64,000 nucleotides of DNA, taken from assembly GCF_006345805.1 (NCBI RefSeq), contig NC_043003.1, positions 105,710,001 to 105,774,000 on the forward strand, in the 5' to 3' direction. Below the pieces are notes generated by a model. That model did no database searches, was not told the DNA's origin, and saw nothing but the letters and a program-made list of their open reading frames with translations. This DNA is from Octopus sinensis. Taxonomy: Eukaryota. Of this stretch, positions 50,710 through 64,000 are shown one piece after another. Each line of letters begins with the position of its first letter. Position 1 is the stretch's first letter. Both the position numbers and the translations under genes were made by a program.

Positions 50710-51268
50710 CGAGGGTGAGTCAAAAAGTAAAGCCCTTTTGTTTAGGACAGGTATAATTATTACCAACACAGGGACATGTATCATACATCAAAGTGAAGCT
50801 GGTCCTCTGTGGATCACATCCCTACTTCTCAACATAGTCACCATTTCTCTCAATAGCAATGTTCCACCTTCGAATGAGAGCATGTATCCCTGCCCTGTAA
50901 AATTCTGTTGACTGTTCTTTGAGCCACTTCTTCACTACCTCCACACTCACCAGATTTAGTGCCTTCAGACTATCATCTCTTCACCACCACGAAAGAGGGT
51001 TTGAGAGGCAAACATTATTCCAGTAACGAGGGAGTGAAAACTCTAGTGAAGAAGTGGCTCAAAGAACAGTCAACAGAATTTTACGGGGCAGGGATACATG
51101 CTCTCATTCGAAGGTGGAACATTGCTATTGAGAGAAACGGTGACTATGTTGAGAAGTAGGGATGTGATCCACAGAGGACCAGCTTCACTTTGATGTATGA
51201 TACATGTTCCTGTGTTGGTAATTATACCTGTCCTAACTAAAAATGGCAAACTTTTTGACTCACTCCCA
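50710..51268. mobile_element. Fold-back mariner derivative (two transposase 3' ends in inverted orientation)
   Basis: TA flanks, TIR CGAGGGTGAGTCAAAAAGT; + frame from 50941 reads PHSPDLVPSDYHLF...GDYVEK-stop (mariner YSPDLAPxD motif); 50710-50937 is the reverse complement of about 51043-51268. Confidence 0.88.
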
Positions 51269-52302
51269 TAATATATTGAATTGAAAAATTCTGATGTGGA
51301 AACAAATAACATGGTATGTATGTTGTGTTATTGTATTGTAATCAATATGTTAAACAAAATAGATGTTTACAATAAACACAAAGTTGATGATGTTGGCAGA
51401 GAAATTACTGAAGGCTTTTGTTATTCAAAGGACCATGTTTTACACATTTGTTTATAACTTTAAATACAAAAAATTCTATAATTTTGATTTGATAAATACT
51501 TAGAGAATAAAGATTTTCACAAATATTCTCAAAGTAAAAGTTACATACTCATAACTAATTAATAAGTAACTTTCTTTGTTATAGTAGAGGTAAAATTTTA
51601 AATATAAGTATTTCCATTAATTTCTTTTTAATGAATTTAAAATTTAAATTGACTTAGCGGTTCGGCAAAAGAGACCGATAGAATAAGTACTAGGCTTACA
51701 AAGAATAAGTCCCGGGGTCAATTTGCTCGACTAAAGGCGGTGCTCCAGCATGGCCGCAGTCAAATGGCTGAAACAAGTAAAAGAGTAAAACTAAGAGGTT
51801 TGTTTTGGGAAGAGAGTGAAGTTGAAATCTTAATTTAAACTTTACTTGAATTAAATATATATGAAACATTCAAAACCTTGTGAGTGGATTTGGTAGACAG
51901 AAACTGAAAAGAAGCTTGTCATATGTGTGTGTGTTTTCCTTCTATTGCTTAATTACAAGTGTTGGTTTGTTTACATCCCAGTAACTTAGTGGATCAGCAA
52001 AAGAGACTGTCAGAACATGAGGCTTAAAAACTAAGCATTAGGTTTGGTTTGTTTGACTAAAACTCTTCAAAGCCATGTCCTGTAATGGTTGTAGTCTAAT
52101 GGCTGAAACAAGTAATAGTTAAAAATCATAAAACACTGCTTTGGCAACATTTTTACCTTTGGTGTTTTTAGTTTTTACCTTACCTTGATGACAAAAACCT
52201 TTCACCAAATCACATTGGAAACTAATTTTTCTTAATTTCATCCTTATTGTATAAATGTATAAATACATCAACACATTTGATTTAGTCTTCAGATAGACTA
52301 TG

Positions 52303-52348
<46 letters not shown>

Positions 52349-52354
52349 ATATAT

Positions 52355-52416
<62 letters not shown>

Positions 52417-53044
52417 TAAAAAAAAACAATGAATAAGAAAAAAACGACAATGGTACATTCAAAGTATTAATGAGATGCTCAGAGAAGAAAAGAAAGAGTG
52501 GTTGTTTTACGTTTTGAGCAATACACTCCTTTAGAAACAGGAGACATAGAAAAGTCTAAAAGAAAAGGAAGAAGGAGGACAAAAAATCACCAACAGTCCA
52601 CATGTTACATTTAGGAATGACTGGAAGTAGATGGACAAAGAGAAAGTGCTTCCTGGGACAGGGGAGTGTGAAGAATGGTTGGTATCTGTGTGTATGTGTG
52701 GAGGTGTGTGTGTATAAGGTAGCATGTGTGTGTGTGACAGTAACGTGCGTGGTGGTAACTGTGTGTGTGTGGTATTAACTGTTTACATGTGTTTATGTGA
52801 GTGATCTGTGTGTTCTGTTAATGTCATAGTGAGAGGTCAGCAGCTATGGTGACAGGTGTATGTATGGGTGGCTGTGTGTTTTTGCACATTTGCTAGATGG
52901 GATGGTCAGTACTAGTTGGGGCAGTAGAAGGGTGTTTGAGAGACAGTCTGAAGGGTGTGTGTGGATTTTTTCCTAAACAAAGCTAGAGGCTACTGATGTG
53001 TAAAGGTCTAGGAAGAGGGAAAAGAAGGGGTCTATTAATTCATA

Positions 53045-53390
53045 AGACATCAACTGAGAGACAGCTTAAAGGACTGAATGTTAGAGAGCAGAGGAAAAGA
53101 AGATGATAGTAATGAGTTCCAAAGAGCAGAAGTTTGAGGAAAGAAGTTGTTAGAATAAACGGATATATGACTAACAGGAAGATCAACAGAGGAATGATGC
53201 GACTGGGAAGAGAAGTGGGTGATGCGCTTAAAAGTTTTGACCGAAGGAATTAGTCCAGAAAGTTCATCAGAGCAATGACCATGGAAATCCTTAGAGCAAA
53301 GACACAACAATGATACATTTCAGTGATGAGTCAAAGGGTCCAACATTGTAGAAAGAAGAGGACCCATCATGTTAAAAATTTGAATCTGAA
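53045..53390 (-). mobile_element. CR1-type LINE 3' coding relic (same family as 48885-49175)
   Basis: KDFHGHCSDELSGLIPSVKTFKRITHFS...NNFFPQTSALWNSL...IQSFKLS. Confidence 0.7.
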
Positions 53391-54639
53391 TTTTATCAAA
53401 CCAGTTAAGATAATCAGAGTGGGCACCAGTCCAAAGATGTCAGCAATATTCTATGCAAGGTCAAATGGTGGCCTTATAGAGATAAAAGATACTCCCAGGT
53501 GAAAGAAATTTGCAATCACATAAGAGAGATCCAATCTACTTGGCAGCTAATATGGTAATTAATTGAATAATTAGCACAATAAATTACATTCTTTGATGCT
53601 TGTTGTCATGTTTTATTAACCTTAGTTCCTGGTTATCAAAGTAAACACTGTGTTTTGTACAAAGGGGACTGTTTATATAGCATTGACACCTTAATCAGTA
53701 AATATGGGACTCAAGTAAAGCAGGCCTTAGAAAAATTTAAGAAACAACTCAAAACCACAACAGTTCAGTCCCTGACCATGTGATCTTATTTACTTGGATT
53801 TTAACCCCAAACAGCCATCAGAACAAAACTGAGTTTATTTACCTTAATAAATTATATTGTGTAGGGTAATGTATAATTGGTATTTTGGAGGCTAACGAGT
53901 TAATGTAGTTTTATCATTTAAGTTTTGTGTTATCCATTTTATGATTTTTGCTCAACTTCAAGTCAATGACCTTTGTTGTGTATATGCACTTGGACTTGAT
54001 GCAACCAGAATCAATATGCTTTAGAATTGTTTTCAGCAAACACACACACACACTCTCTCAGATGTATGTACATGTGTGTATGTGCATGTGCGTGCATGTC
54101 TGAATCTGTTTTGTCTGGCAGATATACGAATAAAATATAAGACTTTATTTTTTATCAAGACTTAAATAAAATTGAAATAGAGCCATATAGATAATCAATT
54201 TAAATTATTATTATTTTTTTTACTTCAAAAGTAAGTTTAAGATAAAAAAAAAATTATGTTACAGAAATAGAAATGATTAAAATATTTTATATATATATAT
54301 ATACATATATACTTTATATTGTAGGCTTCAGATTTTCTCTAATTCCAAAGATCTTTAAATAGCCAAGGTAAGTTTAAATTTAAAATTAGTTCTCTTAATT
54401 TCTTGCAGTATTTTTTGATTTTAATCTTACTCTGTATTATTGTTTTCTTGCTTCTTGTTTGCCCCACTGTTAAGTCTGGTTGAGTTGTTAAGATTGTTGG
54501 ACCTGTGAACTGATGGCAGTTCATGTATAACCAATACACAAGTTAACTGTAGAGGCCTATATGTTGTTATTTGAGCTCAAACCACACCTGCCATCTTTGA
54601 AAAGGAAAGACATGTTGGACAATTTAGTCCTCGATATAT

Positions 54640-56325
54640 ACTCTTTACTCTTTTACTTGTTTCAGTCATTTGACTGCGACCATGCTGGAGCACCGCCTTT
54701 AATCGAGCAACTCGACCCCGGGACTTATTCTTTTTGTAAGCCCAGTACTTATTCTATCGGTCTCTTTTGCCGAACCACTAAGTAACGGGGACATAAACAC
54801 ACCAGCATCGGTTGTCAAGCAATGCTAGAGGGACAGACACAGACACACACACATACATATATATACATATATACGACAGGCTTCTTACAGTTTCCGTCTA
54901 CAAATCCACTCACAAGGCTCTGGTTGGCCCGAAGCTATAGTAGAAGACATTTGCCCAAGATGCCATGAAGTGGGACTGAACCCGGAACCATGTGGTTGGT
55001 TAGCGAGCTACTTACCACACAGCCACTCCTGTGCCTAACGTTTACTATTCAAACAGAATTTGTTGAGACAGATTTCCTATGGCTGGATGCCCTTCCTGTC
55101 ACCAACCTTTACCTGTTTCCAAGCAAAGTAATATTTCTTATGGCCAGACATGTTTTTCATGAAACACTGGAAACAAACAACACTGCTTGATGATGTTTAT
55201 TTACAGCCATCACATAATATCAAAACAAAGGTGTATACACACAGACACACACACACACAAGCACCTCATATGCACGCATGCACACGCATACATGATGAGC
55301 CTCTTTCAGTTTTTATCAACCAACTTTATTCACAAAGTTTTGGTCAACCTGGTGCTGTCATAGAATACACTTACCCAAGGTGCTGTGCAGTGGGACTGAA
55401 CCCAAGATCACACAATTGGGTAACAAGCTTCTCAACCACACAGCCATGCCTACTCTTTATTCTTTTTACTCTTTTACTTGTTTCAGTCATTTGACTGTGG
55501 CCATGCTGGAGCACCGCCTTTAGTCGAGCAAATCGACCCTGGGACTTATTCTTTGTAAGCCCAGTACTTATTCTATCGGTCTCTTTGTGACAGGGACGTA
55601 AACACACCAGCATCGGTTGTCAAGCAATGCTAGGGGGACAAACACAGACACACAAACATATACACACACACTTACATAAATATATACATATATATGACAG
55701 GCTTCTTTCAGTTTCCATCTACCAAATCCACTCACAAGGCATTGGTCGGCCGGGGCTATAGCAGAAGACACTTGCCCAAGATGCCACGCAGTGGGACTGA
55801 ACCCGGAACCATGTGGTTGGTTAGCAAGCTACTTACCACACAGCCACTCCTACACCCACTTTATTAATACAGCTTCCTACGATAAGAACTGTTAAAATTA
55901 ACGAGTATTTCGTTAGTTTATATCACAAGGTTCAAGTCTTACTTTATCCCCCCCCCTCCCGCAGGAATCCATTTTGGTGTGTTCCATCACAGAACATTCT
56001 ATGGAGATATTCTGTTCAAGGGCTGGCTCTCTTCCGCGTGCATCATTAACAAACCTAATATTGTTTCATTGTTTTATATACTATTCAAGGTGTGTGTGTA
56101 TGTTCGGGAATTGTTCTCAAAGCTTCTACTGATTCCCTGATACGATGGAATCAATATAGTTCATATTTTCATTTGTTGAAAGTCGTTAAGAGATGATTAC
56201 TGGAAATACATAATTAAGGAGGAGTTGCAAAGAAAATTGGCCGTGTCATAGAAAGTTTCCCTCTTTATAATCTCTCTCTCTCTCTCACACACACACATAC
56301 ATGTGTATTTGTGTGTGCGTGTACA

Positions 56326-56362
<37 letters not shown>

Positions 56363-56708
56363 CATGGTTCCGGGTTCAGTCCCGCTGCGTGGCATCTTGG
56401 GCAAGTGTCTTCTGCTATAGCCCCGGGCCGACCAATGCCTTGTGAGTGGATTTGGTAGACGGAAACTGAAAGAAGCCTGTCATATATATGTATATGTATG
56501 TGTGTGTTTGTGTTTGTCTCCCTGGCATTGCTTGACAACCAATGCTGGTGTGTTTATGTCCCCGTCACTTAGCGGTTCGGCAAAAGAGACCGATAGAATA
56601 AGTACTGGGCTTACAAAGAATAAGTCCCGGGGTCGAATTGCTCGACTAAAGGCGGTGCTCCAGCATGGCCGCAGTCAAATGACTGAAACAAGTAAAAGAG
56701 AAAAAGAG
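54640..56708. mobile_element. SINE family A cluster (54640-55036 -, 55453-55851 -, 56361-56708 +)
   Basis: Three copies within about 2 kb. Confidence 0.85.
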
Positions 56709-57254
56709 AGAAAGAAAATATATATATATACTTTTGCCAAATCATGATGGATCAAATATCTTATATCAATATCTAATATCAACATCTAATTTTCAATATC
56801 TAACATCAATATCTCATTCACTTGGCCGTTGCTACATGGATGTACACACACACACACATTCTTATTGGCTTTTCTGCCCCTTTTCTCCATCCTGGCGTCG
56901 TTGGGGAAGAGTTTACAATACCTGCCTTCATTGAACCTCAGTCCTGCTTCATATCTTCTGACTGCTTTTTTTCTGGAATTGTCTTTGATCTGCCTTGACT
57001 TTGGATCTTTAGCTAATAATTATAATGAGCTTAATTTTATAATTATGATGGATATGATATAAAAAATTTTTTAAAAACCTTTTGAAATGAATTTCATTTT
57101 CAGATTTTCTGCTTTGATATCATTCTCTGAAAACAGTTGATTTATTGATTTGAAATCTGAAATTTAAAAAAAAATTAATAATAATAATAATAATAAATAA
57201 ACTATTTAAGAAAAAGGTAAAAAAGCAATAACTCCAGTCAATGTTCCTCCTGTG

Positions 57255-57272
57255 TCATTATTATTATTATTA

Positions 57273-57308
<36 letters not shown>

Positions 57309-57410
57309 CTTATTATTATTATTATCATTATCATTATTATTATTATCATCTTATTATTATTATTATCATTATCATTATTATTATTATCATTATTATTATT
57401 ATTATTATTA
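57255..57410. repeat. (ATT/ATC)n compound microsatellite
   Basis: Directly visible. Other long microsatellites: (TA)n at about 7150-7230, 23050-23120, 52300-52410; (ATT)n at 20268-20330. Confidence 0.95.
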
Positions 57411-59680
57411 AAAAGGTAGTAAGCTGGCAGAATCATTGGCATGCCAGGCAAAATGCTTACCAGCATTACGTTCTGAGGTCAAATTCTGCTGAGGTCAACT
57501 TTGCCTTTCATCCTTTCAAAGTCAATAAAATACTTAGCGGTTCGGCAACAGATACCGATAGAATAAGTACTGGGCTTCCAAAGAATAAGTCCCGGGGTTG
57601 ATTTGCTCGACTAATGGCAGTGCTCCAGCATGGCCACAGTCAAATGACTGAAACAAGTAAAAGAGTAAAAGAGAGAGTTGTTTCATCATCATCTAACATT
57701 TGTTTTCTATGCTGGATGGTTTGGTGTTGGATGGTTTGATAGGGTTCAATGGATCCAAAGAATGCATTTGACATGGTATTTTTTGTTTTTTTTTATGGCT
57801 TAAGTGAGAGCATCAAGCCAAGTGAGATCATAGTTGCGGCTGATGCAAGTGTCACATAACTGGCCCGTTGAAAGCACCCTTCAATCACTGGGCAATAATC
57901 TGTGCTTGAGGAAACCTGTCGAACTGAGGGAAATCGTAATTGTGGTTGATGCCGGTGCCGTCTGACTGGCACCTGTGCCGGCTGCATGTAAAAAGCACCG
58001 TTCAAGCATTGGGCTTCACGGAGGCAGTGACAGGTTACTAAGCTCTTTGGCGATGTGCTGTGCTTGTGTAAACCTGTCAAGCCAAGTTGAGACTGTAGTC
58101 ATGGCCAATGCCAGTGTCAGGTGATTGGCACCTGTGCCAGTGGCACGTAAAAGACACCCACTACGCTCATGGAGTGGTTGGCATTAGGAAGAGCATCCAA
58201 CCGTAGAAAACTTGCGAAATCAGATCAGAACCTGGTGAAGTCCCCCGGCTTAGCGCTTTTCAGCCAAACTGTCCAACCCATGCCAGCATGGAAAGCAGAC
58301 GTTAAACAATGATGATGATGGTGATGATGCCTTTCTTAATGCCAACCACTTTACAGAATGTACTGGGTGCTTTTTTTTTTTTATATATATCACTTGCACT
58401 AGTGGGGTTGCCATAAGGTGGTGATGGTGGTGGTAGACAGCTTTATGCACGGAAATGAAGGATTAAAGGCTGCGGGTGAGGAGGTGGGTGGGTAAGCAGG
58501 GTCTTGTTGTTGAGGAGACACATGGCTACTCAAATTTAGAAATGAGGATGAGAATGCAGAGTAGGGGCTGCAAAAAGATAAACATAAATCAGGGTGATGA
58601 GGCATCCAGGTGACTTCCCAAAGTACAAGATGAGTGTGGGTAAGTCGGAGGTGGTTGCAAAGGATATAGGGAGGAGTGAGAGATGGGGAAATGGAAGAGA
58701 GGGGGTAGGCAAAAACTGTAAAGATTGGGTATGGCTGAAGGGTGGATGACGGGAGTGATGGGTAAGGGGCAGAGGATTAACATTGATGGATGAGCTAAAG
58801 GAGGTAGAGGGGTGCTGAAGGGAGTAGGAGAGCGTGAGCATCAGGATACTACTACTACTACTACTAATAATAATAATAATAATCCTTTCTGTTATAAGCA
58901 CAAGGCCTGAAATTTGTGGGGAGAGACATAATCGGTTACATGTGGCACCATGTGGTTGGTAAGCAAGCTACTTACCACACGTATTTTTATGCAATTTATT
59001 TCAAGTCTAATTGATGCTAATTGCACAACTAAGCCAAAAGATTCTGATTTCCATCAATTCTAATTTTCCTTGATGTGTGAATATTTACTTCAACGAATGT
59101 TATCTCTGTATATCATTTGATGACAAATGAATACTTTCCAAAATGACCTACTTCCTTCCCTCACTGAAGTTTGGGGTACAGTTGGGAAGCTATCATGATA
59201 TAATCTCAACAAGATTCAATCTTCCTTCTCTTTTCTATAGTATATCTTTATCTATATTAGTGTGTTAGTATAGTTTATTTTATAAATATTGAACAGCCTG
59301 AAATATCTTTGATGAAAAAGCTACTGCTTCAGTCTGTTATTGTCTAAATACTGTAGAAGTCACACCCTTAATTACTGTAGAAGTCATACCCCTTATTAAA
59401 TGTTGGTGCAAAATCGACGCCCCCCCCCCCCCCCCCACTCATCTTGAAACTTGATGTCAGCTTTGATCTGTTTAAAAGTCACACCCCAGTTTTTTCAGTT
59501 AAAATCATGTCTAAAATAGTGTGATTCATACTCAAGTAAACACAGCATATAATTTTGTTTCATTTTGTGATATTATTGATAAACAACAGAAATATTCCAA
59601 ATGTTTTATTTTCATCTAGTAATCTTTTTCTACTACTTTTTACTATAATTATTATTACTACTATTTTATCTACTTTTCAG

Positions 59681-60216
59681 ATGGATTTCATCAAGATATT
59701 GTTTCCATGGCTTGATTGAAGCTTTGGAAACATGTAAGTCCTGCCCTATGCAACTAACATGTGTGTGGAAAAAAGCTGACCTCATTATCAAGGCTAATGG
59801 AGCATAAAAGAGTCCACACAGGTGAACGCCCTTATGTTTGCCAGGTCTGCCAGAAAAGGTTCACACAGAAGGCTCATCTGGTCATCCATAAGCGTACACA
59901 CACAGGAGAGAAACCGTACGCCTGTCATATTTGCCACAAGCGATTTGCCCAGTCGTCGCATCTGAATAACCACAAGCGCATCCACACGGGGGAGAAACCT
60001 TACTTTTGTAATGTGTGCAACTTAGGCTTTAGTCGGAAACAGAGACTGGAGTTACACGTACTACAACATGCACAGCAGAAGAGTGCAAACAGTCAACCAA
60101 TAAACAATAACGATGATGTAAACAGTACGAACAGTAATGATAACAAATCTGTTGCATTTACGTCGGAAGCTGAAGCTGCGTACCAGCGTCCTCTATTAGA
60201 TTCTACACAGTCACAG
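59681..60216 (+). CDS. Ikaros-like C2H2 zinc-finger gene, finger exon (finger 1 disrupted by frameshift at about 59760)
   Basis: tacttttcAG acceptor (59679-80) and cag|GTttgt donor (60217), phase 0. Three complete C2H2 fingers plus finger 1 lacking its first Cys, joined by HTGE(R/K)PY linkers. LMEHKRVHTGERPY and FTQKAHL resemble Ikaros LMVHKRSHTGERPF and FTQKGNL. Confidence 0.8.
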
Positions 60217-61090
60217 GTTTGTTATTGTCCTTCTATCATGTTTCTTGTGTCGATCTCCGAAATTTTTTCACTTCTATTTGAAATGTTTTTGTCAAATAGA
60301 CACAGGCATGGCTGTGAGGTTTAGAAGCTTGCTTCTGAACCACTTGATTCAGGGTTCAGTCTCATTGTGCAACACATGTGACCCTGGGCTGATCAAAACC
60401 TTGTGAGTGGATTTGGTTGACTCAAACTGAAAGAAGCCCATCGTGTGTGTGTGTGTGTGTTGGTATCTCTTTGTCTTGACATTGTGTGATTATTGTAAAT
60501 GAGTTTCACCGTTATACAAGTGGTGTCCTTCCCTTCTAGCTTCTGTGAAAACATGTCCAACTATAGGGGAAAATTACTTTACTTGGAGACAAGGTAACAG
60601 GAAGGGCAACCAAATTCTTTCTGACCTTAGCTTAGAAATGTGGACATTAAAACGATGATGATGATCGTTAAATTTTGATCTCTTTTAACATTTGAAGGTT
60701 TAATTATTGCATAAGATGTCCTCCTACCTAGGTTTGTTATTGACTAATTAATATAAGTATTTAAAAGGAGTTATAGCAAACTTAATATTGGATGGAATAA
60801 AGTTAAATGCCTTTGACTTTTCCTAGCCAAAGGGTTTTTATTTGACCCAGTATTGGTATGCTGTAATTTACAACTTTGTTTTGAGTTCCATGGTTGAAAT
60901 ATTGTTTTAATTTATTGAGGTTTTGATAAAAAAAAATGTTTCTAACTTAAAACAAATTTTTAACCAGAGACTAAATGTCTGTTGTTCAAAACGTGGACAT
61001 CTTAAGACTAAAAACAAACAGTCTACTAAAAAAGACAAAGTTTTAATAACGCAGCATTTATAAAACAGTTATATAACAGTAGAACAATTA

Positions 61091-61254
61091 TAGGCATAGG
61101 AGTGGCTGTGTGGTAAGTAGCTTGCTTACCAACCACATGGTCCTGGGTTCAGTCCCACTGTGTGGCACCTTGGGCAAGTGTCTTCTACTATAGTCTTGGG
61201 CTGACCAAAGCCTTGAGAGTGGATTTGGTAAACAGAAACTGAAAGAAGCCCATC

Positions 61255-61298
<44 letters not shown>

Positions 61299-61485
61299 GT
61301 GTCTGTGTTTGTCCCCCCCAAAATCGTTTGACAACCAATGCTGGTGTGTTTACGTCCCCGTAACTTAGCAGTTCAGCAAAAGAGACTGATAGAATAAGTA
61401 CTAGGCTTACAAAGAATAAGTCCTGGGGTCGATTTGCTCGACTAAAGGCGGTGCTCCAGCATGGCCACAGTCAAGTAAAAGAGTA
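61091..61485 (+). mobile_element. SINE family A in the zinc-finger gene intron
   Basis: Full copy. Confidence 0.85.
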
Positions 61486-61778
61486 TGATAATTGATAATT
61501 TTTGCTTCAGTCACATTTTCCATTTGCTCAATTCAATTAAAGCTTAAACATTGATACATTTTATTGCATGTACATAGTTGCCATTTAGAAATTTCTCTAT
61601 CTTTAAGTGTCATCTGTTCTCAGCAGGTTGAATATCAAAGATATTCAACCATTCGAGAGGTGTAAGATTCATGACTTACTTTGGGTGAAGTTATGGGACA
61701 CCGTTGATCCTTCCACTATTGCCCTTAGGCTGACCAAAGCTTTGTGAGTGAATTTAATAGATGGAAACTGAAAGGAAT

Positions 61779-61823
<45 letters not shown>

Positions 61824-62274
61824 CCTTATCTGGACATCACATGATGGTTGTAAATGAGCCTCATTGTTATACAAGCAGTGTAATTAATTTCCAGTCTATT
61901 GTGAAAACATCTGGCCTTGCAGAAATATTACCTTGCTTGGAAGCAGGTGGTGTTTGGTAACAGGAAGGGCATCCAGTTGTAGAAAATCTGCCTCAACAAA
62001 TTAATTCTGTCTCACCCATGCAAGCAAGGAAAATAGAATATTAAATGATGATGATTATAATGACAACGGCTGCTGCTGCTGCTATTAATATCTTCTTTTA
62101 ATTTTGTTTCTATTTCTTGCCAAGCGTCTCCCCAACACCTAGGGCAAAGAAACTCATTGTATACAGTGGTAAGCCATTAAGATAAGCACACCAAATTGTT
62201 TATTTACAAAGTCATGTGACAGAAAAAAAGGGAAGAAAGACAGGAAAGAAAAATGAAAAATGAAAAAAAGAAAA

Positions 62275-62525
62275 AAAAATTCCCAGTGACAATGTTCTTC
62301 TCAATATGTGTGACGTAGCAGTTAAGGCAATCTTTTGCACTCCCTGCATGGATGGTAAGCCAGGGATGATCCTCAAATAATTTTCAGTTCCTTTTTCAAT
62401 CATTCCATCATTCCAAGTGCTCTTGCAATCTCTGGTATTGTAACCGTCTTGAGATGCCACATCTTTTCGATTTCAATCAGCAAATCTTTATATTTTCTAA
62501 GCTTACCAAATACTTTGGTTGAGAT
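62275..62525 (-). mobile_element. 3' end of an RLE-type (R4/Dong-like) non-LTR element
   Basis: KLRKYKDLLIEIEKMWHLKTVTIP...ALG...KG...IPG.P....QKIALTATSHILRRTLS. Confidence 0.7.
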
Positions 62526-63190
62526 ATAATTGTTGCTGAGACCTCCTTTGGTCATAACTGACCGTGGGATTGCGCCTAGAAAGTTACCCTCCCAGGCACA
62601 AGTCCGGGCAAGGTTGTTTATGGAAGACCAGCAGTCACCCATGCACACCAGCCTCCCCTTTCCATGCCACCAGTGTTATCCAAGGGAAAGGCAAAGGCCA
62701 ATACAGCTTGGCACCAGTGACTTCGCAACTCATTTCTACAGCTAAGTGAACTGGAGCAACGTGAAATAAGGTGTCTTGCTCATGAACCCAACATGCAGTC
62801 CGGTCTCTGATTCGAACTCACAACCTCACGATCATAAGCTCGACGCTCTAACCACTGAGCCATGCTCTTTCACAGATATAATTATTATTATGATGATATC
62901 AGTGATGATGATCACCACCACCACCACCACCATCATCATTATCATGATCATCATCATCATGATTATTATTATTTGGCTTTGAGAACTCGGTCATCAAGAT
63001 ATGCAAACAACATTACTGATTTTACATTAAAATAATAAACATAAAAGGGAATTACTTTTAAGACAGGGTAAAATCAACATGGCTGTGGAATGGGGGATGT
63101 TGGTATATGAGCGTGTATATTTAATGACATTAATATTTCCTTTGGTTAGCTTCTATCTCATTTTAATTGTGTTTTAATCTTATATTCTAG

Positions 63191-64000
63191 GCTCAAATAT
63201 CTGCAGGTATTGGTGATGCTGGAATACAGACTATGAACTTTTCACACCGACGTAAGCCAGCATTTGTCACCCGTGTAAGTAACGAAGAATATGAAATTAT
63301 GCAAAACAATTTTGAATCTCAAACAGCTCCAGACCAAGATGATGGAGGTTTCTCTTTGTCAAGTCTAACTTCAGCTCATCATTCCTCGTTAATGAAGTCA
63401 GAACCAAAAGACTTTGATGAATTTGAAGCAATTACTCATGAACTAGAAGCAATTGCTCATCCAAATATTAACCAAGTCATGAGCTCAGAAAATCTAATGG
63501 TCCGCCAGGTGGATCCCCTTGATCAAGATGAGAATGACCAACCCAAATCTCTAGAAGATTCTCTAGTCATACACCTCGATGGCACAACTCATTCAGAAGT
63601 ACTCCGTGATGTGCATTCCAGTACTGAGCCTGATGTTGGCGTTATGTGTGCAGTGAGCACAACAGACATGCACCATGCTCAAGCGGGAGATGATGGTGAT
63701 AGCATAACAAGTGAAAGCAACAATTCAAACTGTGAGCAAAGCTTAACAAGCCGTGCTCCGAAAAGATCAATTCTTGGTCACCATTCAGTTAAAACATCTA
63801 AGTCACTCAATTCCCAAACACATCTTAACAGACACCGATCATTACTTCCCAACAGAACTACATCAGTGTCGACAAGTTGTTCTTCATCTTATGCACGGAT
63901 TAACACCCGAGTGTGTCTGGTGGACTTCTCCACTGATGAGCTCATCACTCACCTCATGTCTCGTGATGATGTCTATCGGTGCGACTTCTGCTGTTTGCTA
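63191..64000 (+). CDS. Ikaros-like gene, next exon (runs off the window), low-complexity linker and start of a C-terminal finger
   Basis: tatattctAG acceptor, phase 0 matching the 60216 donor. Open for 270 codons, ending VYRCDFCCLL, which resembles the Ikaros/Hunchback C-terminal dimerisation finger. Absent from the ORF track because there is no stop in the window. Confidence 0.8.

Noticed and set aside
52455-52520. Degenerate hammerhead-like remnant on - (AAGGAGTGTATTGCTCAAAACGT)
   Set aside because: Core CTGA.GA is absent; too decayed to support.
59755-59757. Rescue of the in-frame TAA by A-to-I editing
   Set aside because: Editing would give Trp (TGG), not the required Cys, and a further stop lies upstream in that frame.
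60217-60324. C-terminal 35 aa of the 187-aa zinc-finger ORF
   Set aside because: Lies past a phase-0 GT donor; intron read-through.

Overview
Eukaryotic, AT-rich, repeat-dense genomic DNA. The SINE/RTE repeat complement and gene content point to an octopod cephalopod (inference). The six-frame ORF track is mostly repeat noise; three spliced genes were rebuilt by hand from GT-AG sites and phase continuity. (1) The 3' end of a Tectonic gene on + (exons 1486-1650, 3506-3652, 6232-6483), with an apparent 1-bp frameshift in the first visible exon. (2) A convergent five-coding-exon CFAP97/KIAA1430-domain (CFAP97D2-like) gene on - (25423 to 11272, about 441 aa), ending in about 21 copies of a 9-aa Pro-rich repeat. 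(3) An Ikaros-like C2H2 gene on + (59681-60216, then 63191 to the window end), with finger 1 broken by a frameshift. The rest is mobile DNA: a 5'-truncated RTE LINE with a PHD finger in ORF2, many tRNA-derived SINEs and RTE 3' tails, CR1, R4-like and Penelope GIY-YIG relics, Helitron-like elements, and several MITEs (piggyBac-like, Merlin-like, a CACTAG element with an 8-bp TSD, and a fold-back mariner). The most notable signal is a small repeat carrying a minimal type I hammerhead ribozyme. It occurs as two head-to-head pairs (about 8.8-9.2 kb and 15.75-16.2 kb), and at the second locus it is joined to a tRNA-like Pol III head. Repeat boundaries were read by eye and are approximate; no database searches were run.
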